A stretch of 64,000 nucleotides of DNA from a virus (taxonomy: Duplodnaviria; Caudoviricetes). A model generated the notes under the pieces. That model was not told the DNA's origin. It saw only the letters and a program-made list of their open reading frames with translations, and made no database searches. The DNA lies in IMG/VR virus record IMGVR_UViG_3300028549_000365, positions 96,001 to 160,000 of that record; one strand, 5' to 3'. The stretch's first letter is position 1; the number at the start of each line of letters is the position of its first letter. Below are positions 48,251 through 58,266 of the stretch, piece by piece. The position numbers and the translations under genes were made by a program.

Positions 48251-49524
48251 TGTCAAAGGGTAAATACTTATTATACGCCATCTCAAAAGGTTTTCTAAAG
48301 AACCTAGATTGGTATTATACGTTTTTAACTATAGTTAACTCTGATAACTATAGTAATGAATATATATCAATAGTAAACGGAAAGTTTTTAGTAAAAGTTG
48401 ATGAAGAATTATTGGAGTTAGAAGGATATATTAGTGGTACAGCTGTTTATAGTATAACAGATAAAGTATCACTAGCTAAAAACACTTTAGCTTCAATAAC
48501 AACTGATATAGATACTTCAATAGGATATTTACTACTTAATTATATTTTAGTAGAGTTTCCATTTAATGGTAAGATAGCTTACATAAATGAAAAGTTCTTT
48601 ATAAATAAATACGAGGAACGTGTTGGGGAACTTTTAGCAAATGAAGAGATAACTGTTCCTGAGTATAAGGTGTTTGTTAATAACTGCTCTTTCCTAGAAA
48701 AATTCTCTAGGATTGTTACAGTTTCAGCAACTGAAAAAGGTATAACTCCACCTGAAGGATTAATGGAATATAAGAAAAAGATAACTATCGAATTTGATAA
48801 TAAATATGGTAAGATATGGAGGGAAGACCCACCGAAAGTAGTTGAGTATGAAACATTACTAAAAGAATACATGAATGTATGGTTAAAAGATGATCCAGCC
48901 AATAATAAGTTTTTAGGTGGTAAGATAAAAAACAATGCTATGTTTAAAAAATACTTGTCATTTGGATTAGCTATAGGTTTTGAACAATCAGGAGAGCCAT
49001 TAGTTCAAGTTGATGAATCATTATTAGAAGGTTACCCAAGAGATAAAGTTAAATTAGCTAAGATGTTTAATACATCAAGATCAGCCAGCTTCGACAGAGG
49101 TCATGAAACACAAAAAGGTGGTTCGGTTGCCAAAGATATCTTGAGAGCTACTTCATCAATCACTATAACCGACGGAGACTGTAAAGTAACATATGGTAAA
49201 AAGATAAAGGTGCGAGATAAGCTTATAAAGAATTTAGTAGGCAGATACATTATAGTTAATGGAGTATCAACGCCTATGACTTCTAGTGAAGAGGTAAGTA
49301 AATACACTAATAAGTTTATAGAGATACGATCAACACAATACTGTAAAAGTCCAGGTAATACTTTCTGTAAGGTTTGTGTAGGTCAAGCTTTGGCTAACTA
49401 TAAAACAGGTATATCATTAGTTGAAACACAAATTTCAGCGGCGATACTTATCAACTCTCTTAAGAAGATGCATAATACAACTATATCAACTATAGATATT
49501 GATTTTAGAGACACGATAAAATAA
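48250..49524 (+). CDS. rpoC: virion RNA polymerase beta' C-terminal subunit (phiKZ gp80-like)
   Basis: SRSASFDRGHETQKGG (bridge helix), DC..TYG, RSTQYCKSPGNTFCKVCVG zinc site, LINSLKKMH (trigger loop). Confidence 0.85.
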   Translation: MSKGKYLLYAISKGFLKNLDWYYTFLTIVNSDNYSNEYISIVNGKFLVKVDEELLELEGYISGTAVYSITDKVSLAKNTLASITTDIDTSIGYLLLNYILVEFPFNGKIAYINEKFFINKYEERVGELLANEEITVPEYKVFVNNCSFLEKFSRIVTVSATEKGITPPEGLMEYKKKITIEFDNKYGKIWREDPPKVVEYETLLKEYMNVWLKDDPANNKFLGGKIKNNAMFKKYLSFGLAIGFEQSGEPLVQVDESLLEGYPRDKVKLAKMFNTSRSASFDRGHETQKGGSVAKDILRATSSITITDGDCKVTYGKKIKVRDKLIKNLVGRYIIVNGVSTPMTSSEEVSKYTNKFIEIRSTQYCKSPGNTFCKVCVGQALANYKTGISLVETQISAAILINSLKKMHNTTISTIDIDFRDTIK

Positions 49525-49570
49525 TTTTAAAGATAACAATTCAGTAGAATAAATAAACAAGGAGTGCACA

Positions 49571-50293
49571 ATGACAAATAGTAATGAGGATGACATTCTA
49601 GCAATGTTACAAGGTGATGATAAACCGTTCGCTAATACAGCAGCGTTGACTACAACTGAGAAGGAAGATAAAGAGGAAGACGATTTTGATTACTGGGAAA
49701 ATCCAGATGTTAAACCGTTAAAAGTAGACCCAGAAACATTTAAGACTGCTTCTAAATCATTTCTTATAACTACATACACAACAACAGGTGTATTGCCACC
49801 AGAAGTTAGTAAAGAGCTATTCGAACTATCTAAAGCTCTAGTAGCTAAAGGTTTCAGATTTAGACACACTGGTGATGTTCAAGATAAATTACAAAACGAT
49901 ATATTGAAAATTGAAGATATAGAAGTTGATAGTTATTTACCTTGGAAAAAGTTTAACCCAGATATAGCTAACCCACTTATGAAAAAACCAGTTGGTATAG
50001 GTTATAGAATAGCTGCTAACTCTCATAAGATGTTTCCTAAAATGTCTAACGGAATTAGATGTTTGTTAGCTAGAAACGCACACTCTATATTGGGACCTAA
50101 ATGTGTTACACCAGTTACATTTATATTGGCGTACACAGAAGATGGTGCTGAAGGTATTACTAAAGGTATCGATTTTAAAGTAACTGGTAATGTAGCATTC
50201 TTTTTAAAAGTAGCAGAGGATAGTAATGTTCCTGTGTTCAATCTTAAAAAAGAGGGTGCAATTAAAAGATTAATTGAATTCATTCAAAAATAA
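49571..50293 (+). CDS. SLOG/DprA-like Rossmann-fold protein
   Basis: LPWKKFN, LARNAHSILG, FILAYTEDG and A....VPVFNL motifs typical of phage SLOG proteins. Confidence 0.6.
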   Translation: MTNSNEDDILAMLQGDDKPFANTAALTTTEKEDKEEDDFDYWENPDVKPLKVDPETFKTASKSFLITTYTTTGVLPPEVSKELFELSKALVAKGFRFRHTGDVQDKLQNDILKIEDIEVDSYLPWKKFNPDIANPLMKKPVGIGYRIAANSHKMFPKMSNGIRCLLARNAHSILGPKCVTPVTFILAYTEDGAEGITKGIDFKVTGNVAFFLKVAEDSNVPVFNLKKEGAIKRLIEFIQK

Positions 50294-50303
50294 GGATAAA
50301 AAA

Positions 50304-51119
50304 ATGGCTAGAGATAATAAGTATAATAAAACACCTATTGTAGAAGGTGAGGAAGTAGAAACTGCTGAAGTTATTCAACAGTTACCAGAAGATGAAGTAT
50401 TACCAGAGGAAGATGGAATTGGTGCTGAAGTAGTGGAAACCCAATATAATACTGAAACACCAGAAGAGGTAATTGAACAAGAATCTGATAAAGGTGGTAT
50501 GCCAGAAACTGAACAACCTGTACAGGAAGATGAGAAACAACCTGAGACAATAATTGATAAACTGGCTAAACCACAAGTGGTAGAAACTCCTGTTATTGTT
50601 GATATGATGAATGTAGATGCTATTGCTGAGTTATTAACTCAACCAGGTATGACGATACATGATAAGCTTGTAAATATATCTAGAAATGGAGTACCTACTA
50701 TTAGTAAAGTAGCTTCTAAACTTATAGATTACAACACAGAGTTAAATCCTGCTCAACCAGCTAGAGATACTAAATTTTTAGCTAATAAGAACTATGATTT
50801 ATATAACACTATAAAATCTGTTATTGAAACTCCAGATTATGCTACATTCAAATTAAGATTTGATATAGTTAATCTTGCATTCAAAGCGTTCGGAAAAGAA
50901 GCGTTCAATGAGTATCTTTTAAGAAGAGGTGTTGAATCATGGACTTGGGGGACTAAATCATTTAACACATATACATCTATTGTGTCAGCGGTAGCTATTT
51001 TATGTGATTTGTCAACTAGATCTAAAAACGTTTCTAAAATAGACTTTAAGAAATTACTTAACGATTCTACTATTAACGAACTAGGTAGAGAGAACATTAA
51101 AAAGTATTATGATCAATAG
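50304..51119 (+). CDS. hypothetical protein, acidic disordered N-terminus
   Basis: The AAGGA SD favours ATG 50304. Confidence 0.7.
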   Translation: MARDNKYNKTPIVEGEEVETAEVIQQLPEDEVLPEEDGIGAEVVETQYNTETPEEVIEQESDKGGMPETEQPVQEDEKQPETIIDKLAKPQVVETPVIVDMMNVDAIAELLTQPGMTIHDKLVNISRNGVPTISKVASKLIDYNTELNPAQPARDTKFLANKNYDLYNTIKSVIETPDYATFKLRFDIVNLAFKAFGKEAFNEYLLRRGVESWTWGTKSFNTYTSIVSAVAILCDLSTRSKNVSKIDFKKLLNDSTINELGRENIKKYYDQ

Positions 51120-51124
51120 TACAT

Positions 51125-51162
51125 TATAACTACATACGACCATATGGTCGTATGTAGTTATA
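51125..51162. repeat. perfect 38-bp loopless palindrome (terminator-like)
   Basis: TATAACTACATACGACCAT|ATGGTCGTATGTAGTTATA. Confidence 0.85.
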
Positions 51163-51244
51163 TCCACTATATTTCAACCCTATATTATAAATGTAATATT
51201 AGGGAACTAACCTAATAAAAAATAACAAAAACAAAGGATATAAA

Positions 51245-52039
51245 ATGGCATTAAAAGGAACAGACGGAGTTATCAACGGAGCAGCTATTGAAACACCAAA
51301 CGAAGATAAAGCGGAACAAACAACAAGTGAATGTGTTGTTAAAGATTATACAGCTGAGTTAGCTGTAATAGTGTCTCTTATTACAACACTTGAAAAAGTA
51401 ATATTAGATGGAAAAGCTACTGATAAAGAACTCATGGTTGCTATTGGTGCATGTAACGCTGGTATTATGACAGTAGCTGGTGATATTGAAATGATCAAAT
51501 GTTCATTCATGTCAACTACTATAGGATGGACTAGTCTAATCACAACAATGGCTATGAGTAGAGATATCGACGCATTTAGTGGACTAGTTACGTTAGCTAT
51601 TCATGGGTACAATTTAGATAACTACGAGGAGTTGATGAAACTAGTAGACCCAACTAAAGCTGATAGTATTCATGTGTTGGATAAATTCTTCGCTAACGGT
51701 AGTTTAGGTACAAGAGAAAATTTTGTAACTGTTATTAAAGCTAGAGTTGAAACATTACGTGCTGGTAAAGAAGAAAATGTAAAAGCAGCTTCGTCAGACC
51801 AAGATATAGAAGATGTATTAAAAGAGGCTGAAGACAGTTTGAATGAAGCTAAAGCTAAAGTTAAAGCTACATTAGAAGCTATAGCTACAAACAAAACAAA
51901 CAATGACAGCTCATCTACATCTATTGGTGATATAGCGTTGGGTGTTGGTGGTATTGTAGTTGCTGGGTTAGCGTTATATGCTGGATATTGTTACTTCTTC
52001 GACGGGTGTCGTGATGATGATACAATTGTTATAGATTAA
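51245..52039 (+). CDS. hypothetical protein with a C-terminal membrane anchor
   Basis: 264 aa; IALGVGGIVVAGLALYAGY TM; own TATATTAT promoter-like motif. Confidence 0.75.
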   Translation: MALKGTDGVINGAAIETPNEDKAEQTTSECVVKDYTAELAVIVSLITTLEKVILDGKATDKELMVAIGACNAGIMTVAGDIEMIKCSFMSTTIGWTSLITTMAMSRDIDAFSGLVTLAIHGYNLDNYEELMKLVDPTKADSIHVLDKFFANGSLGTRENFVTVIKARVETLRAGKEENVKAASSDQDIEDVLKEAEDSLNEAKAKVKATLEAIATNKTNNDSSSTSIGDIALGVGGIVVAGLALYAGYCYFFDGCRDDDTIVID

Positions 52040-52043
52040 CAAT

Positions 52044-52071
52044 CTTAGTTAGACCTATAGGTCTAACTAAG
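52044..52071. terminator. perfect 28-bp palindrome / bidirectional terminator
   Basis: CTTAGTTAGACCTA|TAGGTCTAACTAAG between convergent genes. Confidence 0.8.
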
Positions 52072-52402
52072 CTGCATATTTTTTTTCTATTAAATATTCT
52101 TCTATATCGTATAAGGTAGGTAAGTTTAACATAGTGTTACTATACTCTAAAGCGTTTACTTTACCAAATAATAAGTTTATATTTTGTAATCTAAACACAC
52201 TTAGAGGTATATCGCCAATAGATTTAACTTCTTTTATAGTTGTGTCTTTACTAACGTTAGCTGCCATACCGTTAGACGGATATCCACTAACTTGGTCGGA
52301 GTCAGAAATAAACTTTCTAGCATTAGTATGTATACCACTACCAGGTATTAACTCAACTCCTATATCTTTTATTCTATAAGAAGAAAGCAGAATACGAACA
52401 TT
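52067..52402 (-). CDS. DNA polymerase N-terminal subunit, exon 2 (PolB motif A)
   Basis: The frame upstream of track ORF 52067-52267 is open and reads ILLSSYRIKD...FISDSDQVSGYPSNGMAANVS (DxxSxYPS motif A). Confidence 0.8.
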   Translation of the reverse strand, partial: NVRILLSSYRIKDIGVELIPGSGIHTNARKFISDSDQVSGYPSNGMAANVSKDTTIKEVKSIGDIPLSVFRLQNINLLFGKVNALEYSNTMLNLPTLYDIEEYLIEKKYAA

Positions 52403-54034
52403 CAGTATAACTCGTTATGTAACTGTATAGTTACGTTATACCAGCACCACGACGTGCCTCTATGCCTTTCGTTAAGGTAACTCTGTTACCGCATAGTCTA
52501 GACTATATCTTTATCCTACGTTATCACATCGTAGGATATCTACCACTTTGTCTTTAAGGGGATTACCCCACCACTTGGCGCTACTCCCAGCTACGGGATA
52601 GTCGTTGAACGTTGCTCTATTCGAGCCTTCGCTGCTGATTTCCGATTACACCTGGTCTCAACCAGTAGCTACTAACAGTTGATAAGACTGCCTAGTTATA
52701 CTTTCGATATAGATGTTGACCACTTAAGATCATATGTTAGTTTTTCAAGCGTTCACACTTAGAGCTATTCGCTCTTATGTTGTAGCACTAACATCTTTAC
52801 GGGTTCCCAGACAGTTCAATAGATTATCACTATATATTACTATATAGTGGGACTATTAATATAATTGTCTTTTATGCGATTTAAACTATTATAGTCTAAG
52901 TCTTTAAATGGAGTTTGATCATGTTCGTATTTAAATAAGAACTGTTTAACAGGTTTATTAATATTGTAACGACACGCGTTACTTATAGAGGTTGTGTTCA
53001 CACCAGTTATTTTAGCCATAGCCATTATATTATCAGCAATAATAAGTTCGTTACTCATAACATTCTTACCTAGTATTTTACGTCTAATACCTTCATTATT
53101 TTTATTTAAAATAATGTCGTCCCAAGAACTATCTTTTCTTTTAAATATGTAACCATCTGGAAAAAACTTCTGTGGTCTATTTAATCTGTTAGTTATGGTA
53201 CTATGAGGTAAGTTTATATCTCTACTACATTCAGCTATAGAAATATATTCTTTTACTATACCGGTATTAATATTCTTTATAGATATACCTACAACACTAT
53301 TTGGTGTTAAACCATTATTTATAGCATGAATATTATTATCTCGTTTAGTTACCCATTCTAAATTATCTAAGTCATCATCTCCTGGTGTACCGTTCTTGTG
53401 GTTAATTACTAGTTTGTTAGGGTCAGTAGTGTAGTCTATAAAGGTTAATCCGACAGCGCGGTGTCTAGCCAAAGCTGTGTTATTTCCAATATCATTAGTA
53501 ACACTTGTCCGTTTATAACCACTAGTTATATTCTTAATATTAATTATACCTGGTTTAGCTATATGCCAAAGTTTTATTCTGTTTGATAACAAACTATATA
53601 AGTCCAAATTAGCTGATATTAGATAATTGGTGTGGTACGGTATATAATAAAATCCTTTTATAGTTGTGTGTTCAATTAGACACGCGAATTTATAAAATAT
53701 ATTATTAATATATGTATTATATCGGTTATTATCAATATAACACACTAATACATCTTTAATATTTGCTATAGGTATATTAATATTATACACCGTCACAATC
53801 ACAACTAACCCGAATTCATAATACAATGTACCATAAACCCAATCTAATTTAATCTTTTTAACCCCGTTAATTATTTCTGTTTTAATCATGTCTCCATTTA
53901 AAGTATAAATACAGTTATCTTCTTTATTGTATATGTATTTATCACTATGTTTTATCTTAATCGTATTATTCATGTTATCTCCTATTATTCATATAATAGT
54001 TAGATCTTCATGATTCGTAAATCATATTATTTTT
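52403..54034 (-). mobile_element. group I intron
   Basis: P (AACUGUCUGGGAACCC), Q (AAUCAGCAG), R (GUUCAACGACUA) and S (AAGAUAUAGUCU) elements. P1 forms between exon UGGAUU and the internal guide sequence GAUCUA with a terminal U.G. The 3' splice site is not certain. Confidence 0.88.
52840..53973 (-). CDS. intron-encoded HNH homing endonuclease (NUMOD4-like / HNH / NUMOD1-like)
   Basis: INHKNGTPGDDDLDNLEWVTKRDNNIHA; two C-terminal NUMOD1-like HTH units; AGGAG SD. Confidence 0.9.
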   Translation of the reverse strand: MNNTIKIKHSDKYIYNKEDNCIYTLNGDMIKTEIINGVKKIKLDWVYGTLYYEFGLVVIVTVYNINIPIANIKDVLVCYIDNNRYNTYINNIFYKFACLIEHTTIKGFYYIPYHTNYLISANLDLYSLLSNRIKLWHIAKPGIINIKNITSGYKRTSVTNDIGNNTALARHRAVGLTFIDYTTDPNKLVINHKNGTPGDDDLDNLEWVTKRDNNIHAINNGLTPNSVVGISIKNINTGIVKEYISIAECSRDINLPHSTITNRLNRPQKFFPDGYIFKRKDSSWDDIILNKNNEGIRRKILGKNVMSNELIIADNIMAMAKITGVNTTSISNACRYNINKPVKQFLFKYEHDQTPFKDLDYNSLNRIKDNYINSPTI

Positions 54035-55417
54035 AATCCAGTCTCCTAATCCCAAAAGTCCTACGTTATCTTCATACTTACTAGGTTTACAAGCTAACAC
54101 TCTTCCTTTATCTAAGTAGAAGAAATGTAACGCGTCTATAATTCGTTTTGGTCCAGAACTAAATACATCATACCCACTACCCATACTAAGCATACTTATA
54201 ATGTGTGATAAATCTTTTGTCTTAGCATCTAACTCTAACATAGAAATATTATCCCATTGATTGTATATGATATATTCTAGTGGTTTTTCAGCTACCATAT
54301 ATAGATGCCACTCTAAACCTTTAAGACTGTTAGTCTTTTCGTCGTCAAACTTAAGTTTACCAAGTTTAGCACCTAATTCTTGTTTAAGAATGTTATCTAA
54401 ACCGTAGCCACCGGGAACAGTCTTACCACCAACTCTAACATATCTATGCGTAGAAGCTGCGTCTATCCACCAGAAGCTAGCTGGACAGTTAACCCAGTGC
54501 CATTGTTCTTCCATGTTAATAGGCTTAAACTTACCACTCTCGGTAGTTTTTTGTTTAGGTCCTTCCATGTATTTAAAATATTTCAAATTATCAGGAAGAC
54601 TAGGATCTGAGAATATATCTTTAGGCAATACATTATATTTCTCACACACCTCTAACATCTTAGGTATATCATATCCTATGTTCCAAATAGCTATAAAATC
54701 TGGTTTCCATAAATGTGCTACTTCTAACACTTTAGTAATACACTCCATTTGATTTTCTACTACTACATATGTTTTTTCTATATTGCTAGCTATAGGTGTT
54801 TTAGGTACATACTTATTATAGAGATAACGAAGCTTTTCGTCAAACTTCTTTTGTAATTTTACTACGTCAGTTTCTGTAGCTACTTTCTTTAAAAGTAACG
54901 ACTTATTTATAACAGTATATATCTTATCGTTCATGGATAAAGATATAATAATTATCTCGTCGTTAATAGTATCAGTTTCTATATCGAATGTAGCTACTTT
55001 ATTTTCAGATATTGCATCAGGGTATTTAGAAAGATACTGGTGTTTTATATATGTTTTACCACTAACATCAATTCCATAAACATATGGATTATCTTTTATA
55101 AACCTAGTATCTCTATTTCCGACATATCTAGGTCCTAATCGCTTAGCTATATCTGTATAAAGATTAGATTCTGTACATGTGTATTTATTAACACGGTCAA
55201 GATCTTCTGCTTCTTTTTTATCTTTATGTGTTCTATATGGTTCTTTAGTTACCCAATATGGTCTTTTGAAGTTACTTATGGTTCTTAAAGCTTGTTCAGT
55301 TGTTCCGTCTTTATAATGCATAACTTCTTTTATAACGTAAGTGTCATCTCTGTAATCATCTATTTGTGGTAGGTGAAACACGTGTTTACATTCACGCCCT
55401 ACTATTTCTTTTTCCAT
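54035..55417 (-). CDS. DNA polymerase N-terminal subunit, exon 1 (3'-5' exonuclease; phiKZ gp82-like)
   Basis: ExoI TFDIETD, ExoII WNIGYDIPKM, ExoIII YNQWD; the reading frame runs into the intron. Confidence 0.85.
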
Positions 55418-55499
55418 ATAGTCTCCTTAATTAGGTATCGATTAATTGTCTATTTTCAAATATTGTGTGCACTTATTTGAAAATACATAAGGAACTACA

Positions 55500-56951
55500 A
55501 TGACTACACTAGCTAACTTGCTTTCAAAACAGAAAGTTTCCATATCAACAGAGATGATATCACCGCAGTATAATGACTACGTTGTGCATCTATTAGTAAA
55601 ACAGTTTAACCTATTAATAGACACATGTGTTTCTAATAGTTTATTCGGTCAAAATATATATAGAAGTAAGCTTTCTATTACAATAATAAATGAGATTGAC
55701 TCTATACTATTTAAAAGATTTGGTATAAAGTTTGAACATATCTACGGAAAGAATAGTGGGTATGCTGTTATGTCAGTGCCACCTAAGAAGTTCAACGTAC
55801 TTAAAGATGATATAGAAGAAAACTATGATATCATAAAGCGGTTATTGAAAGATGATACTACCGAACATAAAAAAGATATTAACAAGAAACTTAATTTTGA
55901 GAAGGATGTTAATATAGTAATGAAGAGTTGGGTTAAATCTGTAGACTTATTAGAAAAACAACTTAACGCGAAAGAAGTTACTATAAACCTTTCAAAGGCA
56001 ACTATAGAGAAATTACCAGAAGACTATCTAGTATATTTACTTAGTGACTTTAGTGTTTTAATACACGACTGTAAGTTATCAGCAAGAGAGCTTACAGCTG
56101 TATTATTACACGAAGTAGGACATGAGTATACACATATGGAATACTCATTGAGAACAGTTAGAAATACAGCTGTGTTAGTAGATACTATAAACGCTGAGTT
56201 AAAAGATGATGTTTCTTTTAAAGAGGCTATTGATATTACATACAGAAAAGTATATGATGGAAAAGATGATTCTAACAATACAATTACTGGCGTATTACGT
56301 TTATTGGATACTTATGTTAAATCAACATTTATAATGGGCGAGAATACACATAGTAAGACAGATAGTGAACAGTTAGCTGATCAATTCGCTGGGCGTTTCC
56401 AATTAGGCATGGAACTAACTACAGCAGTAGGTAAGCTTAATGCTTACAATATAAAACTTACTAATGATATGACTTATATTATGTTATATAGTCAATTGAT
56501 GTATATGACTATATTTAGTTTAATATTATATGGAAGTTTATTTATGGGAGGTGCTTTGTTATTGGGAGGGATAGTGATAGGTCTAGTTTTAACACTAGTA
56601 TTTGACTTATTAGGTGGACTAATAACATCAGGTGGTATGATATACGGTATGACTTATGACTATGATAAACAAAGATTTATTAGAATAAGAAATGAGATAG
56701 TTAGACAGTTAAGAACATCTAATCTACCTAAGGAAGTCATTGTAGAAAGATTGTCAGACATTAGACGTATAGACGATCTTATAGCATTAGCCCCAGATGA
56801 AAAAGATAAAGAGTCAAGTTTAACTATGTATCTAAGAGGTATGTTACCAGGAGCTAAAGCATTAGTTGAAACTAAATTGTTAGACCAACTAACAGAAAAC
56901 TTACTAGAGAATGATTTACATATCGCTAGTAACAAATTAAAAACATTATAG
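55500..56951 (+). CDS. putative head protein with an HExxH Zn-peptidase-like motif and a hydrophobic membrane segment
   Basis: AVLLHEVGH, SEQLADQFAGRF, ~45-aa hydrophobic stretch; STE cleavage-like site near the N-terminus. Confidence 0.6.
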   Translation: MTTLANLLSKQKVSISTEMISPQYNDYVVHLLVKQFNLLIDTCVSNSLFGQNIYRSKLSITIINEIDSILFKRFGIKFEHIYGKNSGYAVMSVPPKKFNVLKDDIEENYDIIKRLLKDDTTEHKKDINKKLNFEKDVNIVMKSWVKSVDLLEKQLNAKEVTINLSKATIEKLPEDYLVYLLSDFSVLIHDCKLSARELTAVLLHEVGHEYTHMEYSLRTVRNTAVLVDTINAELKDDVSFKEAIDITYRKVYDGKDDSNNTITGVLRLLDTYVKSTFIMGENTHSKTDSEQLADQFAGRFQLGMELTTAVGKLNAYNIKLTNDMTYIMLYSQLMYMTIFSLILYGSLFMGGALLLGGIVIGLVLTLVFDLLGGLITSGGMIYGMTYDYDKQRFIRIRNEIVRQLRTSNLPKEVIVERLSDIRRIDDLIALAPDEKDKESSLTMYLRGMLPGAKALVETKLLDQLTENLLENDLHIASNKLKTL

Positions 56952-56959
56952 GAGACACC

Positions 56960-57367
56960 ATGAGAATAGTAGGTAATGAAAGAATAAGATTAAGTAAGTT
57001 GTTAACACAAACTGATGCAACTAGAAGAGATGTAGCTATGTTCGCGGTAGCGTATGCGTTAGTTGTTAACAAAGCTATACCAAAAGTAGACACATATGTA
57101 GAGGTTAAGAAATTGACTGAATATTTCTGCGAGATAGCTATTTTAGATAGAGTTAAACTTGAACTGTATATTAAGAACACATTAAGTTATTTTAACTTAG
57201 AATCTAATATAGATAACTCAGTTCTACAAGGTGATACTATTGAGGATATGTTATATGTTAACAAATACATAGGTAAAGAACTTATAGCCGCTGCTAACAA
57301 TAATATTAATCTATTTTTAGATATAGTTTCTATTATACCAAGAGCGATAGCTAGTGATAAACAATAA
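56960..57367 (+). CDS. hypothetical protein
   Basis: 135 aa; AGGAG SD. Confidence 0.65.
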   Translation: MRIVGNERIRLSKLLTQTDATRRDVAMFAVAYALVVNKAIPKVDTYVEVKKLTEYFCEIAILDRVKLELYIKNTLSYFNLESNIDNSVLQGDTIEDMLYVNKYIGKELIAAANNNINLFLDIVSIIPRAIASDKQ

Positions 57368-57376
57368 GGAGCATAC

Positions 57377-58240
57377 ATGTTTAAAATAAATGAAGTCAAT
57401 GATAATCTACCGATTTATCATGACGCACAATTATTAGCTTTAGAAGATTTCAAAGCTAATATAATAGCTAAACAAAGTATATGTAGAAATGATGTGCTTA
57501 GTTTAGAAGCATTTGTAGGTGGTGCTATAAGTAATGTTATTAATATTAATAGATATTCTAGTCATAACTCTAGTGTAGAGTATGAGAGAACATTAGAATG
57601 TGTTGGAGATATAGTTGCTAGACATAAGAAAGTTGACAATGGTATAACTGTAAATATGTTACATAGTATCATATTTACAACTAAAACAATGTTAAAAGAG
57701 TTGAAAGAGACTTTATTTAATTACCATACAGCTAACACTGCAACTATTTTAGAAACAGCTAGTAATAACGCATACACTATAGTGTACTCATATTGTAATA
57801 AGGATGAACTTGTAGATATAAAAAATATAAGTTTAGTAGAGCTTATAAAATACGATTCACATTATAAGTTCTTTAGTCTAGTTACAAACAATAAGTTTAA
57901 CAGAAAGAAAGCTGAAGAATTAGTAAATGATGTTAATGATATAATGCCGTTAATGTGTGCGTTAGTTAAAACTAAATTAAGTGATTTTAAATATAATGAT
58001 GTTGAGATAAGAACTATAACACTTACAGATCTTATAAGTGTTCTAAATAACGCACCAGCTATAATTTCTGATATAGAAAGTATGTTAAGCGACGTAGAGA
58101 GTGATTTAAGAGATTTTGGTACACCTGATTACAATTGGATATACCAAGATAACCAAAGGTTGAGTAGCTCATACAGAAAGTACAAAAATATAGTAGGTTT
58201 ATTAAGCGATAATATAACACAAGGACTATTAAAAGGATAA
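57377..58240 (+). CDS. putative internal head protein
   Basis: ALE and SLE sites in the N-terminus fit the S/A/G-x-E specificity of gp175-type proteases. Confidence 0.5.
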   Translation: MFKINEVNDNLPIYHDAQLLALEDFKANIIAKQSICRNDVLSLEAFVGGAISNVININRYSSHNSSVEYERTLECVGDIVARHKKVDNGITVNMLHSIIFTTKTMLKELKETLFNYHTANTATILETASNNAYTIVYSYCNKDELVDIKNISLVELIKYDSHYKFFSLVTNNKFNRKKAEELVNDVNDIMPLMCALVKTKLSDFKYNDVEIRTITLTDLISVLNNAPAIISDIESMLSDVESDLRDFGTPDYNWIYQDNQRLSSSYRKYKNIVGLLSDNITQGLLKG

Positions 58241-58266
58241 CTGGTAGCTATTAGCTACCAGTTATC
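58236..58266. terminator. bidirectional terminator
   Basis: GATAACTGGTAGCTA-T-TAGCTACCAGTTATC. Confidence 0.8.

Noticed and set aside
14680-49524. Inteins or introns in the RNAP subunit genes
   Set aside because: All three genes are contiguous and of expected length, with no splice or intein motifs seen.
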